DNA of 63,674 nt, the filler included, from Olpidium bornovanus S191 (Eukaryota > Fungi > Olpidiomycota), in assembly GCA_017911155.1 (NCBI GenBank). It is 28 parts of 28 records of this genome, joined end to end, with 100 filler letters (N's around TTAATTAATTAA, not from the genome) between each part and the next. Parts side by side here need not be neighbours in the genome. Positions count along the whole stretch, not along the records: positions 12,142 to 16,180 come from JAEFCI010007647.1; positions 16,281 to 19,392 come from JAEFCI010002497.1; positions 19,493 to 21,832 come from JAEFCI010013279.1; positions 21,933 to 23,856 come from JAEFCI010008474.1; positions 23,957 to 25,356 come from JAEFCI010011283.1; 23 more parts are not named here. One strand, 5' to 3'. This document shows, in pieces, positions 12,142 to 24,696 of this stretch. The position numbers and the translations under genes are program-made. Position 1 is the first letter of the stretch. Every line of letters begins with the position of its first letter. The notes beneath the pieces are model-generated. The model ran no database searches. It worked only from the letters and a program-made list of their open reading frames with translations, and had not been told where the DNA came from.

Positions 12142-15100
12142 CATGTCGTGGGTGCCGAACCTCGTCCGCGAACGCGCCCCCGAATCGAGCAGGTACCTGC
12201 CGCTGCAGGACGTCGTCCGGGACCTCGAAGGGAGATGGGTCGTGGGAAACGACGTGGCGTCCGATTTCCTCGATCCCGACCTCGCCTGGAAGTCACTGGC
12301 GGCGGGCGGGAAAGGCGGCAAACCCGTGTTCCTGGAGTTGCACCTCCGGGCGCTCCTGGAATACGGGGGAGAAAAAGGAGCAGGAGGGGGGGGCGAGCAC
12401 GTCCGGACGTTCATGTTCTGCCCGCTTTACGACCTGGAGCCGTTCCAGCGCTCCGGCTCCCCGGCGGGATTTGTCGTGTCCCAACTCGAAGTGTCCAGCG
12501 AGACCACGTTTTTCACCTGGACGGACATGGCGACGGACACCTACCACCTGCGTGACGACGGTGGCAAAACCCTGGTCGAAGACAAATATCGGCAAAGGGC
12601 CGATTTCGAACCGGACAGCCGACATCGGGTCACGTTGAACTTCGAAGACGCGATTACGCACAACCGGTGGCAGGTGGTTTGCACGCCGGCGAAAGGCGTC
12701 ATCCGCGGATACGCGTATCAGGTTGCGGAAGCGGTCGGCGGGGTCGGAATTTCTGCGAGTTTCTGTTTCGCCATTTTCGGAGCGTACCAGATGAAAGTCA
12801 CCAAAACAATGCGAACGGAAGCGAGGAATGCGCTCGCTTTGGTGGATAAGCAGAGAAAAACAATGGCAACTCTCTCCATAATTAGCTCTGCGGTCATCCA
12901 GGCAATTCCAGGCAAGTGCAGAAAGTTTGTCGCCAGGTTGGAACAGGATCTCTGAACTTCGATGGTTTCTTCGCTTGACAGACCCGATTATCACCCTGGA
13001 TTCTAACGGCCGCATCACCGCCGCGAACGGTAAGCGCAGCGCAGCGTGGCAATAAGCGATGTGATGAGAAGCGCCGTTTCGCAGGGCAAAGATCTTTATT
13101 TGAGCGTTGTCGGTTTTGCAGATGTGGCCCTCAGCCTGATTGGGTTACGACAAGCGGACATTGAGCACGGCGTAAACGTGTCGGACATTCTGACAGTTAT
13201 GGACGGATCGAGGGAACCGGGAGGTTCCGGTGACGAGGTTGGATGCTGGATTTCTCGCCAACCGCCTAAACCGGAGGGATCTTCGCAGGTTATAAGGATC
13301 ATTCCAGCGGAGGGCGGCGTAAGGGAGGTCATCGTCATGCGGAGGAACGGCCCCAGCTACTTTGCCGAAGTGACTAGCTCCAGGCCGTCGGAACACGTTG
13401 GCGATTTCCACCAAGTCATCGTTTTAAGAGGTGGCGGGCTCTGCCTTTTGCAAAACCTTGTCTGCGCGCCGAAGAAAAAGTTCGTGACAGCGGTTTTTTT
13501 TCCGTTCCGTCCCTTCTGAATTGGGTTCGTTTCTTTTTTTTTTTTCTTTTATTTTAGACATCTCGGAACAAAAGACGTACGAAGCGTCACTGCGGTCGGC
13601 GAGAGACGAGGCGGAGACCGCGAAGGCGGAAAAAAGCCGTGTGCTGCTCTTCCTGTGCCACGAACTGAGGAACCCGCTGCACGTCCTGAGCGGGGGCGTG
13701 AGCCTGATTCGCGCGCAGAACATGCACCCGGAACTGGTGGACGAGCTGTCGAGCCTGGCGCACGTGGCGAACCTGATGCAGATCATCATCGACGACGCGT
13801 GGAACCTGTCGCTTCTGCAGAAGGAGATTTGCGAGGGGCGCAGGGCGTCGCAGCTGAAATTCGCGCTGAGCCGAACGCGCACGCAGCAGCACGCACGGCA
13901 GTCGGTGAACGTGGTCTCCCTCGTCCGCGAGGCGCTCGCCGTCGTCGGGCCCACCGCCGAGAGGAAGAGGCAGTCGCTGCAGCTGATCACGCGCAAGTCC
14001 GCGACGATCATGCTCGCCGAGTCCGACCTGGCGGTGGAGATGCAGCTGGAGGACATGCAGTTCGCGATGGACGCGCCCAACGTGCGCCAGGCGCTACTCA
14101 AGGTTCTCGAGAGCAGCATCCGGAGCACGGGGCCGGACGGCCAGATCGTGTGCAGGGTCGAGGCGGACGACTCCATCGAATTCCGCCTTTCTACCCTCGG
14201 CCGCGCGTTCGCCTCCATTTCCCCCATCCCAGACTGCAGCTTAGCCACGCTCCTCCAGCTGTCGGTCGAAGACACGAGAGAACCGCCTTCGCAGGAAGCG
14301 CTGGCGTCGCTGTTCGATCCGTTCAGCTCAAACAACTCGTCCCAAGGAGATTCTTTCGAAAACCCCGGGCTAGCCATGGCCCTGGCGAAGTGCATGGTCG
14401 ACGCGATGGGAGGGAACGTCTCCGTCTCCACCGTCGAAAGCGGAAAGACTTCCCAGGGGTTCACCTTCCTCGTGAAGCTGACCATCCCGCTCTGCTCGGT
14501 GCGCTGCCACCGGTGCAACTCGTTCGCCTGCGAGTGCCGGAGTCTGGCGTTCGAAGACGAATCTCAAAAAGCGGCCAAGTCCGCGAGATCGCTCGCCGGA
14601 TTGAAGGCCGACAAGGCAAGGGCGATTCCCGCGCCTCTTGACTTGACGGGCGAGAAGCCGAAGGACGCTCGCGTGTCGGCAACCGGACCTCAGGCGGCGA
14701 CATCTTCGAACGCGCCGGACGCTTCGGGACCGAGCGCGGCGGCAAGGGAGTCCCCGCGGCCGCCCTCGGCCCTCGGTGATGGCGGGGAAAACGCGCGGCT
14801 TTCGTCGTCGTTATCGCCGGCGATGGTCGATTCGGGAAGCGAGGAGCGGAGGCAAACGCCGTCGTCGTCTCGGAGCGTCTCGTTCGCCGCGGAGTATGGC
14901 GGCGCCGGCCGCGGCATTGACCCCGCCGTTCCGCAAGCCGGCGGGCTTCCGCCAAAAGCCGCCGGTACGTCGGACGGAGGTACGCAAACCGACATGGCTT
15001 CCGGTGGTCCTGGCGGCTATCGGACAAGGGAGCTCCTCGATGACGTTAACGTGCAGGAAAGCTGGGAGGAAAGTCTTGTTGAGGCGGCGGCGGCGCGGAA

Positions 15101-15925
15101 GACACCGTTCGTCCGCCAGAACCAAGCTGACCTGTCGCGGGCCGAGAGCCCGACAAGCGTAGTTTTCCGGCCGCGGACGCCCAGCCGGCAGCTTAATTCT
15201 TCGCCCGACTGGCCAAACCTCAAGCAACCGTTCTCGCCCGACGACACCTCTCATGGGGGGTCTCCGATAACGTCGGGCACCGCGTACACGAACCCGGCGG
15301 CGGCGTCACATGGCGGTGCCCTGCAGATAGTGGACGGGGCTGGTCGAGTCGTCGTCATAGCGGAGGCAAGGCGTGCGGACGAAAGAAGAGGGCGCCCCGG
15401 CTTATCCGGCTTTTGCTCGGCGACTGACCAGAAAACGTGTTCTTCTCTTTTTTATTCGTCATGTTGGCGGGCCGGTTACAGGATAACGGGCTGGTCGCCA
15501 AAATAGCGAAGAAGCAGCTCGAGCGGCACGGGTACTCCGCCCTGCTGGCGGCGAACGGCAAAGAGGCGGTGAACGTGGTGAAGCAGCGCGCCACGAAGAA
15601 GACTTCCGAGCGCGACCGGACCGCCGCCTCAGCGCCCCCAAGTCTTGACGTGCCGATTTCGTGCATCACGATGGACATACAGATGCCGGAACTTGACGGG
15701 ATCGAGGCGACCAAGCAGATCAGGGTATTGGGATACGACGGCCCGATAATCGCCGTTACCGCAAACGCACTGCAGTCGGAACGAGACAAGTGCTTCGAGG
15801 CAGGCATGACGGCGTTCATATCGAAGCCCCTCAAGGAGGCAGCACTTTTGGAAATCGTCGCCCGGCACATCGCCGACTTCGAGGCAAACAATCCGGGACC
15901 GGCCGCCGGCCAGGAAAGCAGCTGA
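12142..15925 (+). CDS. Hybrid histidine kinase: CHASE-like sensor, TM, PAS, HisKA, degenerate HATPase, receiver; 5'-partial
   Basis: Exons <12142-12911, 12982-13029, 13122-13430, 13558-15365, 15482-15925 splice in frame. PAS AIPDPIITLDSNGRITAAN...RDISEQK; H-box FLCHELRNPLH; receiver IAEDN...TMDIQMP...AVTA...SKP. Confidence 0.92.
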
Positions 15926-16280
15926 ACAATTTTCGTGTTCAATTTCGTATTCCGGTAATACCGTATACCTTCCGTGAACGAATAGAGCAGTCTTGTGGAC
16001 GAAGCCTCTCCGATTTAGTCGTTCGCCCTGTCCTCCTGCGGTGAAATTGAGATTGTACGCCAGGACGGTAACCGATTTCGCCTAGATAATTCACGACGCT
16101 GACTTCCCCTGTCATAACGGAAACCCTCCATCGTAATTCCTCTTCCGTCCGTATGGAAAAGACTTTGGCATTCACTGCCCNNNNNNNNNNNNNNNNNNNN
16201 NNNNNNNNNNNNNNNNNNNNNNNNTTAATTAATTAANNNNNNNNNNNNNNNNNNNNNNNNNNNNNNNNNNNNNNNNNNNN

Positions 16281-16312
<32 letters not shown>

Positions 16313-16475
16313 GGCCGGCCTTCTCACGCCAAAAAGAAGTGGCGAGGGAGAGAGCCGCGGCTGTGGGTGAAAGGGAAGCAGGGGAAGAAGGAGGAGGAGG
16401 AGGAGGCGGAGGAGGAGAAGGAGGCGGGGGAGGAGGAGGAGGGGCCCCCCCCAGGCGGGGCGCGGGCGCGCAGCG

Positions 16476-19058
16476 ATGCGGCTGCCGCTGCTGGACCGCC
16501 TGGGCCTGAGGGACTACCTCAACATATGCTTTACCCTCTGCGCCTTCGGCCTCGAGTGCGCGCTGCGGCTGCTCTTCTCCGTCTTGCTCCCCTTCACCCC
16601 GCAGTTCGTCGAGGACTTGTTCCGGAAGTTTATCGCTCTGTACGTTGCTGCTGCGTTCGTTGGTTCACCTTGTCGCACTTTTCCCCCTCCTCCCCCCTCA
16701 CAAAAGAAAAAAAACCCCCACAAAACGCGCACGCCGCACGCGCCACGCGCACGTGTGCACACGCGCACGCGCGTACTCGCCTGCCGGGGCACGCTTTTGC
16801 GCCCGCGAGTTCGGGAGGCAGCGAGGTCGCCGTGGAGTTCCCGCGGGAACGCTTTCTCCGCGCCGCCGATAAGGCCTTCCTCGCCCTTCGGTTCGACGGT
16901 CTCTCGCATGCCGTGGGGGAGAGGGGGGAGGAACCGTGACAAATCTCGCCTTTGGGTTCCGAGGCCCCCCCTGAACACCTTCCCCGGCGCGCGCTCTCCC
17001 TCTCGCTCTCTCGCATTTCGCTCGCGGCCGCGAAACTTTTTTTGTAGCTTGCTACGCACGAAACCCGGCAGCGAGAAACCTCGGAAGAACGACAGGGACA
17101 GCGTCAAGAGCATCCTCGACTACTGGTGCGTTTTGGAGGAGCGGGGGAGGGGCAAGTCGCCCGAGCGGGGATCTCCGCGCAATGGAAAAAATTGCGGGTG
17201 GGGGCTGACGCGGGAAAATGACCAGTCGCCCTTTTTTATATTTTTTTTTTGTTTATAGGGGCTACCCGTACGACAGCTATGTTACGCCCACGAAGGACGG
17301 GTACCTCCTCGGCCTGCACCGCATCCCGTTTGGGAAGACGGCGGCTTCGCGGGAGCCCCGGTCGAAGCCGGTCGTCCTCCTGTGGCACGGGTTCATGATG
17401 AATTCCGAGGTTTGGGTCTGCTCGAATGACTGCGAGCGGATCCTGCCCTTCGTGCTTGCCGATCTCGGGTATTTTTTTTTTATTCCACGCCGTCTCGTTT
17501 GGAAAACGTGTCTGCTCGGCTGATCCCACGCCGACAACTCTGGCCAAAGGTATGATGTTTGGTTGGGCAACACCCGGGGCAACAAGTATTCATGCAAGCA
17601 CGTCTCGCGGAAACCCAACTCCATCGAGTTTTGGGATTTCAGTATCGACGAGCTCGTGCTTTACGATTTGCCTGCGGCAGTTGACGTTAGTGTGCCTCAA
17701 AAAAAATTTTGTTCTTCCAGTTTGGTTCGGTCGGGGCCGCTTCATTCGGGGGTCGGTGAGGCGCGGACTGGAACACGCCCGCGTTTTCCTTTGTTTCACC
17801 AGCACATCCTGCAAACGACGGGCGCTCCTTCTCTGACATACGTCGGCTTCTCGCAAGCCACGGCGCAGTGCTTCGGCGCGCTGTCGCTGTACAACGACTT
17901 GAACCGAAAAATTAACTTATTTATAGCGCTGGCGCCGGCCACTAGACCAAAAGGTAACGCCGTCATCCGTTATCCAAAACCTTTTTTTGAAGACGAGGTT
18001 GGCGTGACGCTGGTGTAACCTACTGACCATGGCAAATTTTCCATACGTACGTCGGGTCCCGCAGACCTCCGGAATGGCATGATACAAGCTTTCATCAAGT
18101 CATCCCCGAACGTTATATACCTCTTTCTTGGCCGAAAGCGAGCCCTCTCGGCCACGCTGTTCTGGCAGTCGGTGCTTCCGCGAACAGCGTATGTTCGCAT
18201 CATCGATGCGTGCGTCCACTTCTTGTTCGGATGGGGGAACGGCTGCATGTCGTTCGAGGATCGCGCGACATGCTACCGACACCTATACTCGTTCACGAGC
18301 GTGAAGAACGTTGTGGTGGGTTGCGCGGGGGCCATTTCGAGGACGTTTGACGTCTCTCCGTCTGCACCGTTCTCAACCGCCAACGGCCTTCTTTCATCCC
18401 GACGGGCCGACACGTAGCACTGGTTCCAAATTATACGCACCGGTTTCGCCATGTACGACGAGATGTCGCCAATTCTGCCGGCAGGTGTCGGCGGGAGATT
18501 GGGTCACGTCGCGCACGCTTTTCCCACGCGGCACATCCGCGCCCCAATCGCCATCATGTACGGGGGTGCGGATTCGCTGGTTGATGTCGACATGCTGCTG
18601 AGCGATTTGCCGAAGCCGGTGTTCCTGAAAGAGGTGCCGGACTACGAGGTGGGGAGGGGAGGGGGGGGTTCGTTCATCCGATATTTTTTTCTTTCGTTTG
18701 TTCTTTGCCGGACGGCTACCCGGTTTTTGAATTTACGAACCGCTGCCACCCGCGAGCAAGCTATTCTGACCGGAACGGAATTCTCCATCTCCCTCTCTTC
18801 TTCTCTCCTCGGTTTTTTTCTCTCTCTCTTTCTCCCTTCTTTCTTTCCCTCCCTCTCTCTCTCTTCCCGCAGCATCTGAGCTTCCTGTGGGCACAGGGCG
18901 TAGAAAAGCAGGTGTACCCTGCCATAATCGGCCTGCTCACGATGTACCATGTGTTTCCTCCGTCTAACGGACAAGCGGTCGCACCGGTCGACCTGGAGAA
19001 CGGCAAGTCGGTCCATCCCGAGGTCCCAGCAACTATACTTGGAAGAGTGAGCCGATGA
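16476..19058 (+). CDS. Acid lipase / steryl ester hydrolase (TGL1/YEH-like alpha/beta hydrolase)
   Basis: Multi-exon: N-terminal hydrophobic segment, GYPY...TKDGYLLGLHRIP, LLWHGFMMNSEVW, YDVWLGNTRGNKYS, FWDFSIDELVLYDLPA, nucleophile GFSQA, C-terminal YEHLSFLW. Confidence 0.92.
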
Positions 19059-19492
19059 GTTTAGAAATAATAGAGGGGAGAGAAAGGAAGGGGGGCTTTC
19101 TTTTCCCCCACGCGTTTCCAGGATTATCCGAAACCACGGCTTTGTGGCTTCGCCGGACGATGAGATTTGATGATTTGGAGGAGAAATTATTGAAGGCGGC
19201 TCGCGGAAGGGGGGGGGGGGAGTGTTAGATTTTGGAGCCGAGAGGAAGGCTGAAGTCGAGAGGGAGACGGGGTCGAAAGAAGAATAGAAGAAATGTACTT
19301 GGGTCGCTTCGCTATTTGCTCTAGACGCTTTTATATGGCTCTGGGTTATCGATTTCAATAAAAGATTTCAGGGGTTTGGTGCGCGCAGTGCANNNNNNNN
19401 NNNNNNNNNNNNNNNNNNNNNNNNNNNNNNNNNNNNTTAATTAATTAANNNNNNNNNNNNNNNNNNNNNNNNNNNNNNNNNNNNNNNNNNNN

Positions 19493-19945
19493 CAGATTGG
19501 GCTGGAAGTCATGTTGATCGCAAATCAATTTCGGGTCTAGTTGCAGTGGCCCACGGAGCTGCAGTGACTTGGAGCGCACGACGGCAACAGTGCGTTGCTC
19601 AAAGTACGCTTGAGGCAGAATACATAGCTCTCGCTGAAGCAGTGAAGGAAGAATTGTGGTTCTCTATTCTAAAGGAAGAGTTGACTCGGAAAATCGGCGA
19701 ACCAATTGTAATACTCTGCGATAATCAAGGATGTCTGGCATTCAGCAAACATCCTGTTCATCACAATTGCACAAAACATATAAACATTTGTCTTCATTTT
19801 GTTCGAGACACAGTTGCCTCAAGGAAGATACAACTGTAGTACATCCCGACGGGAGACAACGCTGCGGACGTCTTAACCAAGCCAGTTGGACCGCAAGTTC
19901 TGAATCGTCATCTGGATACGATTGGTTTAAGGAACCAGCAGTAAA
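19493..19945 (+). mobile_element. Ty1/copia RNase H end, pseudogenised
   Basis: WSARRQQCVAQSTLEAEYIALAEAVKEELW...CDNQG...TKHINICLHFVRD...L*YIPTGDNAADVLTKP; in-frame TAG at 19837-19839. Confidence 0.9.
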
Positions 19946-20065
19946 TGCACCTTTGTGCAAGTTTTTTGTTTTCTTTCTTTCCCCCTCCTTTGTTTTTGCA
20001 AAATTCCTGATTCGATGCTCCCCCATTCATTTTGTTATTTTGTGTTTGAAAGCATCGAGGAGGAG

Positions 20066-20690
20066 TATTGTGGGGAGTTTCTAGTTAACGGGGGGCAGTC
20101 AGAACCCCTCAATGTTGTACTACTATTATTACTTCTTTGCGTACGAACAAACCAACGCACGGCTTGCACGCCGGAACGCGTAAAAACTCAGAAAAAGAAC
20201 AAAGCAAAGGGCAGCGGGCGAAGGCAGGCGCAGGGCAAAGGGCGGCGGAAGAAGGGCGCAGAGCAAAGAGCGAGAGGCGGTCGAAGGGCGGAAGCGGCGG
20301 CAGGATCGAGGGGACGGCCCCTGAACCCAGGGGTCGACCAATAGAATAGCCCCCCTTGAAGCCCGCCAATCGAAGAGCGCTTCCCCCCTTCCTCCCTCCA
20401 AGTCCGCCGATCGAAGGGCTTCCCCCTTGCCCCCTTCCCCCCCAGAGCCAAACATGGGAACCCCCACCAACCGCAACCCCCCCCCCCACTGCCCCGCAAC
20501 CCCCCGCACTCCCCCGCACCCAAGAGCTCGGAGCCCCGCGTGGTAACTGCGCGGGAAGGGACCGGACGCACCGCGTCGACGGACGCGACGCCGAAGGACG
20601 GCTTTGCCGTCGAACTGCCCTCTGCTCGACGTCGACGAGCATAAATAGCGTCCCTTCCGCTCCGTAGCTCGACTTCGACCCCACCTAACA
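20066..20690 (+). repeat. Candidate 3' LTR of the copia element
   Basis: Polypurine GAGGAGGAG at 20057-20065 followed by TATTGTG; TATA-like ATAAATA near 20641; ends TAACA. No second copy is present to confirm. Confidence 0.35.
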
Positions 20691-21932
20691 ATTTAACTCG
20701 AACCCGAACCTTTACCTTTCCCTTTCAACTGCACTGGCAGCCCTCGTCACCTTACCTGTAGCTCCTTGCACAGACCTGACGAGGGAGAAGAATAGACGCT
20801 TAACCTTGCCGCAGTACACCACCGCCTGCTGCCGCACCATTTCCCCCGTCGCGACCCCGCTGCCGCGTTTGTTTTTGAGCTTGTTCTTGCTCACCGCGCT
20901 TTGGTCTTTATTCGCTCCATTGCTTTTGCCATCGACGACAGCCGCTGACGATGCCCTCGCCGCGTCGTCGACGCCGTAAAGGCGCGACGCCGCTGCCGCT
21001 GTCGCCCCACGTCACGGCGACCAGCACCGCTCCCTCGCCGCCGGCCATCGCGCCGTCAAATCGTTCGGCCGCGTCGTCACCCGCGCCTGTCAACCCCGCC
21101 GTCCTCCCCATCCCGCCGTTGCCGTCCCTCGACGCACGGATGGACCTACCGCCGCTTTGCTTTCCCTGTTCATCCTCGAACAGGCCGCGCCCGACGCCAC
21201 TCCCGCCGCCAGGCCCGCCGCGCCCGCTGCTTTGTCCGCCCGTGCCGAACTCGAGGCGAACCGCCAAAACCCGGCTTCCGCCCCTGCTGTCGATGCTTTC
21301 CTTCGACAGCAGAAGCTGGCTGGCCTCGCTGAGTGGCGCGTCTTCGATCGTTACCCGCGTCGGTGCTGTTACCGCGGCTGCGCTTTTAACTGACGTTGAC
21401 GCCACCCTTCCCGCCATTGTCGACGACCCATCAATTTCGTTGCAGGAGTTGAACGTTACCGGCGCCTCGCTCGACGAGCGCCTCATCGAGATGGCTGCCT
21501 CGTACCGTGCGCCGAGCCACTCCCTGTCGCTTCTCCAGGCGAGGCTCGACCGCACGGCTGCTCGACTCGTGGACCCATCGACGACCGTTCGCCCGTCGAC
21601 CGCCACCGCGCGTATTCCGTCTCATCCGCCCCCCGCTCGGTCTCGTCGTCGTTCTTCGACGAACCGCCGCCGCCGCCGCCGACGATCGTCCTCCTCGTCG
21701 ACCGAAAGCTCGTCCGAATCGTCGTTTTCCGATTCGGAGGAAAATCGCTCGCCGTCCCCGAGCTCCGGCCGTCCCTCTGGTGGTGCTGCGTCGACCGGCG
21801 TTCCCCGTGTCGTCCCTCACGGCCGCCGAGCCNNNNNNNNNNNNNNNNNNNNNNNNNNNNNNNNNNNNNNNNNNNNTTAATTAATTAANNNNNNNNNNNN
21901 NNNNNNNNNNNNNNNNNNNNNNNNNNNNNNNN

Positions 21933-22873
21933 GCTCACCAGCAGCAGCAGCAGCATCTGCAAATGCAACATCATCAGATCGCCGCTGGGCATGCGAAGCC
22001 CGAACGGCCCTCCCCCGGGCCTACCCTCCGCCCGTTGAAGGTTCGTGTCATGCGTAACGCAATGGTGTCCAGTCACTTCCTAGCTGCTTTTGCTGATGTT
22101 CGACACGGCAATCTCAACAGGGTGTTGCTGTAGCACGATCAGGTCAACCGTTGCAGAAGTTGCAGGGGGGTCCGTCTGTTCAACTCCCTAGAGCTGTGCA
22201 TTCATCCGTTCCGTCGCAACTGCCGTTGCCGCCCCCCAACGTTGCATTGGCAAACCCACCTCCACAACAGCAGAGGCCGGTGCTGCAATCGCAAGCTCCG
22301 TGTATGCCGCAGCCGCCGCGAACACAGCCGCAACAAATTCAGCAGGAGCTTTCGGCAGCGAAAGCGCAGCATCTGCCAAAGGATGCGAGCGTCGCGGAAG
22401 GCCAGAACCGAATCCCGGCGAACAGCAGCCAGGCGCCACCTAATGCTTTCTCCAAGGAGAAGGCTGGCAGCGCCGCCGGCGGAACGGGCGTCGGCAAGTT
22501 CGTAAAAGGGGGCGTGCCGAGCACTGCCGTTGCCGCGAGCAACCGCCCTCGCTCCATGTACCTCGGCAAGGGGCCCCGCCCTTCTTATGAGGTCCGGCGG
22601 CGGAAATTTTTAACGGCCAAGCCCACAGACTGGATATGCGCATTTTGCGAGTACGAGCAAGCGGTCTGGCCGGACGGCGAGTTTTTCTCGTGGCTCATGG
22701 GCGTCGTGCCCAGTTCCCGACCGGTTGGGCGGTTGGCCGGAGCAGTTGCGTCCGAGAGGCGCGAAGGTCAGGGCAAGAAGAAAAAGAAGAAGAAGGTGCC
22801 CACGGACGTAACTGAGTGCAGACCTCCGACTGGGGATGTCCCAGCGCCCAAGGGGCCCACGCTGCGCGCGTGA
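21933..22873 (+). CDS. Q/P-rich unknown protein with a C-terminal CxxC motif, 5'-partial
   Basis: Poly-Q start, probable intron near 22040-22130, then long ORF to TGA containing DWICAFCEYEQ. Confidence 0.45.
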
Positions 22874-23956
22874 GGCGCTATCCGGTCGATGCCCGTCGGC
22901 CGGGGATTGCCTAGCCAACGAGAAGACGAGAGGGGGCTTTGCGCTGAAAAAGCAGCGGGCGAGATGCACTGGGACCGGCAGTATCGGTTCGCTGTACCTC
23001 GCTTCCTGTGACGGCCTTTCGGCAGCGCAAATGCGTACTTCCCGGGCGGCGGACACACACCCCGAGGGAAGTTACTTTGTGACAGAAGTTTGGCCCCGTC
23101 GGGCGCCGCGGCATTTGCCGTCTCTTCGATTCTGTTGGTTTTTTCTTTTGCGCCAGGGCGAGATATTCGCCGAATTACGGAGCCATTTCTTGCTGCCCTG
23201 CGCCTTTTTTTTTTGTCACCTTCTGTTATTACGTTTTTCCGCGAACACCTGATCTTCGATACCAAGACGCCTGCGCGTCCACTTAGGGAATTTACTTTAT
23301 TTTGCTCGTCCAATCCGTGTTCCGAGGCCGAGCGTGCAACGTTTTATCTCATAGAGTAACAGCAACCTTACGCCGTTTTCGACGTATCAGTTTTTCTTCC
23401 CCCGCCCTTGTTTTTCTTCTGCGAATGCAATGTACAGTCCATCTGCTCCCATCTTCCCCGTTCGAGTGCCTTTTCTTCTCGGCTCCCTTCCCTCCTCCTT
23501 CCCTCCCCCACCACTTCCCCACCCTCGGCCCTCTCCCTTCTTTTCCCGCCCTGGCCCGCCTCTCCCGCCCCTGCCCTAATTATTAGAGCAAAATCACCTT
23601 TTACTTTCGGTTCCCTGTCGGGGCTTTGTAACATAGTTCGCTGGAACTTCGACATTTACGGCTCGCCCCGCGCCTGCTGCCACGCACGTGACCGTTCATA
23701 ACGACGAACGCGGTTTTTTTTTTGCGGCGACCGGCCATGGGGGCTACGCCTCGTTTAGTGACGTCACGTTCCTCGTCACAAGTGCCGTCACGAAAATGTA
23801 GAATCGCCGGGCGGAGACGGGGAGTGGTTCGCAAAGTCCATTACGGGCCGGGCTCCNNNNNNNNNNNNNNNNNNNNNNNNNNNNNNNNNNNNNNNNNNNN
23901 TTAATTAATTAANNNNNNNNNNNNNNNNNNNNNNNNNNNNNNNNNNNNNNNNNNNN

Positions 23957-24696
23957 CATGGTCTTCCCTGTACCAACCGACCCGTAAAGATACAGACCCC
24001 GAGGTCCGTACTGTACAGGAGAGCCGCTGTCGGCGCTGCCGGACAAGTTTCCCCAGACGGCGGAAGCGACGCGCCCCAGAAATGAATCCGGCGGCGTAGC
24101 GGCCGGTGCAATGGTCGGGAATGTATGTTTTGATATGGACTCATGGAGTTCTTCCAACACTCGAACGACCGACCTCTGGAACGGGTCGTTGGCGATCTGG
24201 CCCCTTGCGATCAACTGGTCGTAAGCGCCCAAAGGGGCTGGGTAAAGCAGATTTGGAAAATTCAACGAATTACACACGTTAGCGCAGAAGACAGAAGTCC
24301 CTCCGGTTGAGTGGATACCCTGTCGGGACACGGCGCCCGTGGTAGGCGAAGACACCCTGGATCAGCTCACAATCTATCAGTTTCGTGTGAGGGACGGGGC
24401 CGGAATAATCGGATGCCTGTTCTTTGGCAGCGGAGGTAGCGGGCGCTGGGTGGTCAGCGACAGATGACGCAGAGCTGACTCCGCAGTAGGCTGCTCCGGA
24501 GACACTGCTCTGGGGGAAGACCCGTTCCCTTGTCGGTGCGGTTGGCTGGACGTAGAGAAATCCCCGCCAGCAGGGTAGCGTGGCCATATCCCGACGCCCA
24601 TGGCTGAAACATTCGGTTGGCGACGCCCGTCTCCGCAGCATCCTGGCTGGCGAAGTTGGCGAGAACGCCGCAGCGGCGCCTCGCCAAACGCAGCAC
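23957..24696 (-). CDS. AFG1: AFG1/LACE1/ZapE-family ATPase, N-terminal part
   Basis: PLGAYDQLIARGQIANDPFQRSVVRVLEELH...PRGLYLYGSVGTGKTM (Walker A); Arg-rich presequence-like start at 24696 (start position uncertain). Confidence 0.88.

Noticed and set aside
13424-14641. Long overlapping ORFs (13424-14518 minus, 13655-14641 plus) and similar ones such as 4706-5584
   Set aside because: Antisense or alternate-frame shadows of GC-rich real exons, with no recognisable motifs.
12142-15925. Bacterial contaminant or recent horizontal transfer for the two-component protein
   Set aside because: It has four spliceosomal introns and host-like composition.
17840-17870. Lipase nucleophile elbow GFSQA instead of GxSxG as a sign of inactivity
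   Set aside because: The catalytic Ser and His are retained and a single small-residue change is weak evidence.
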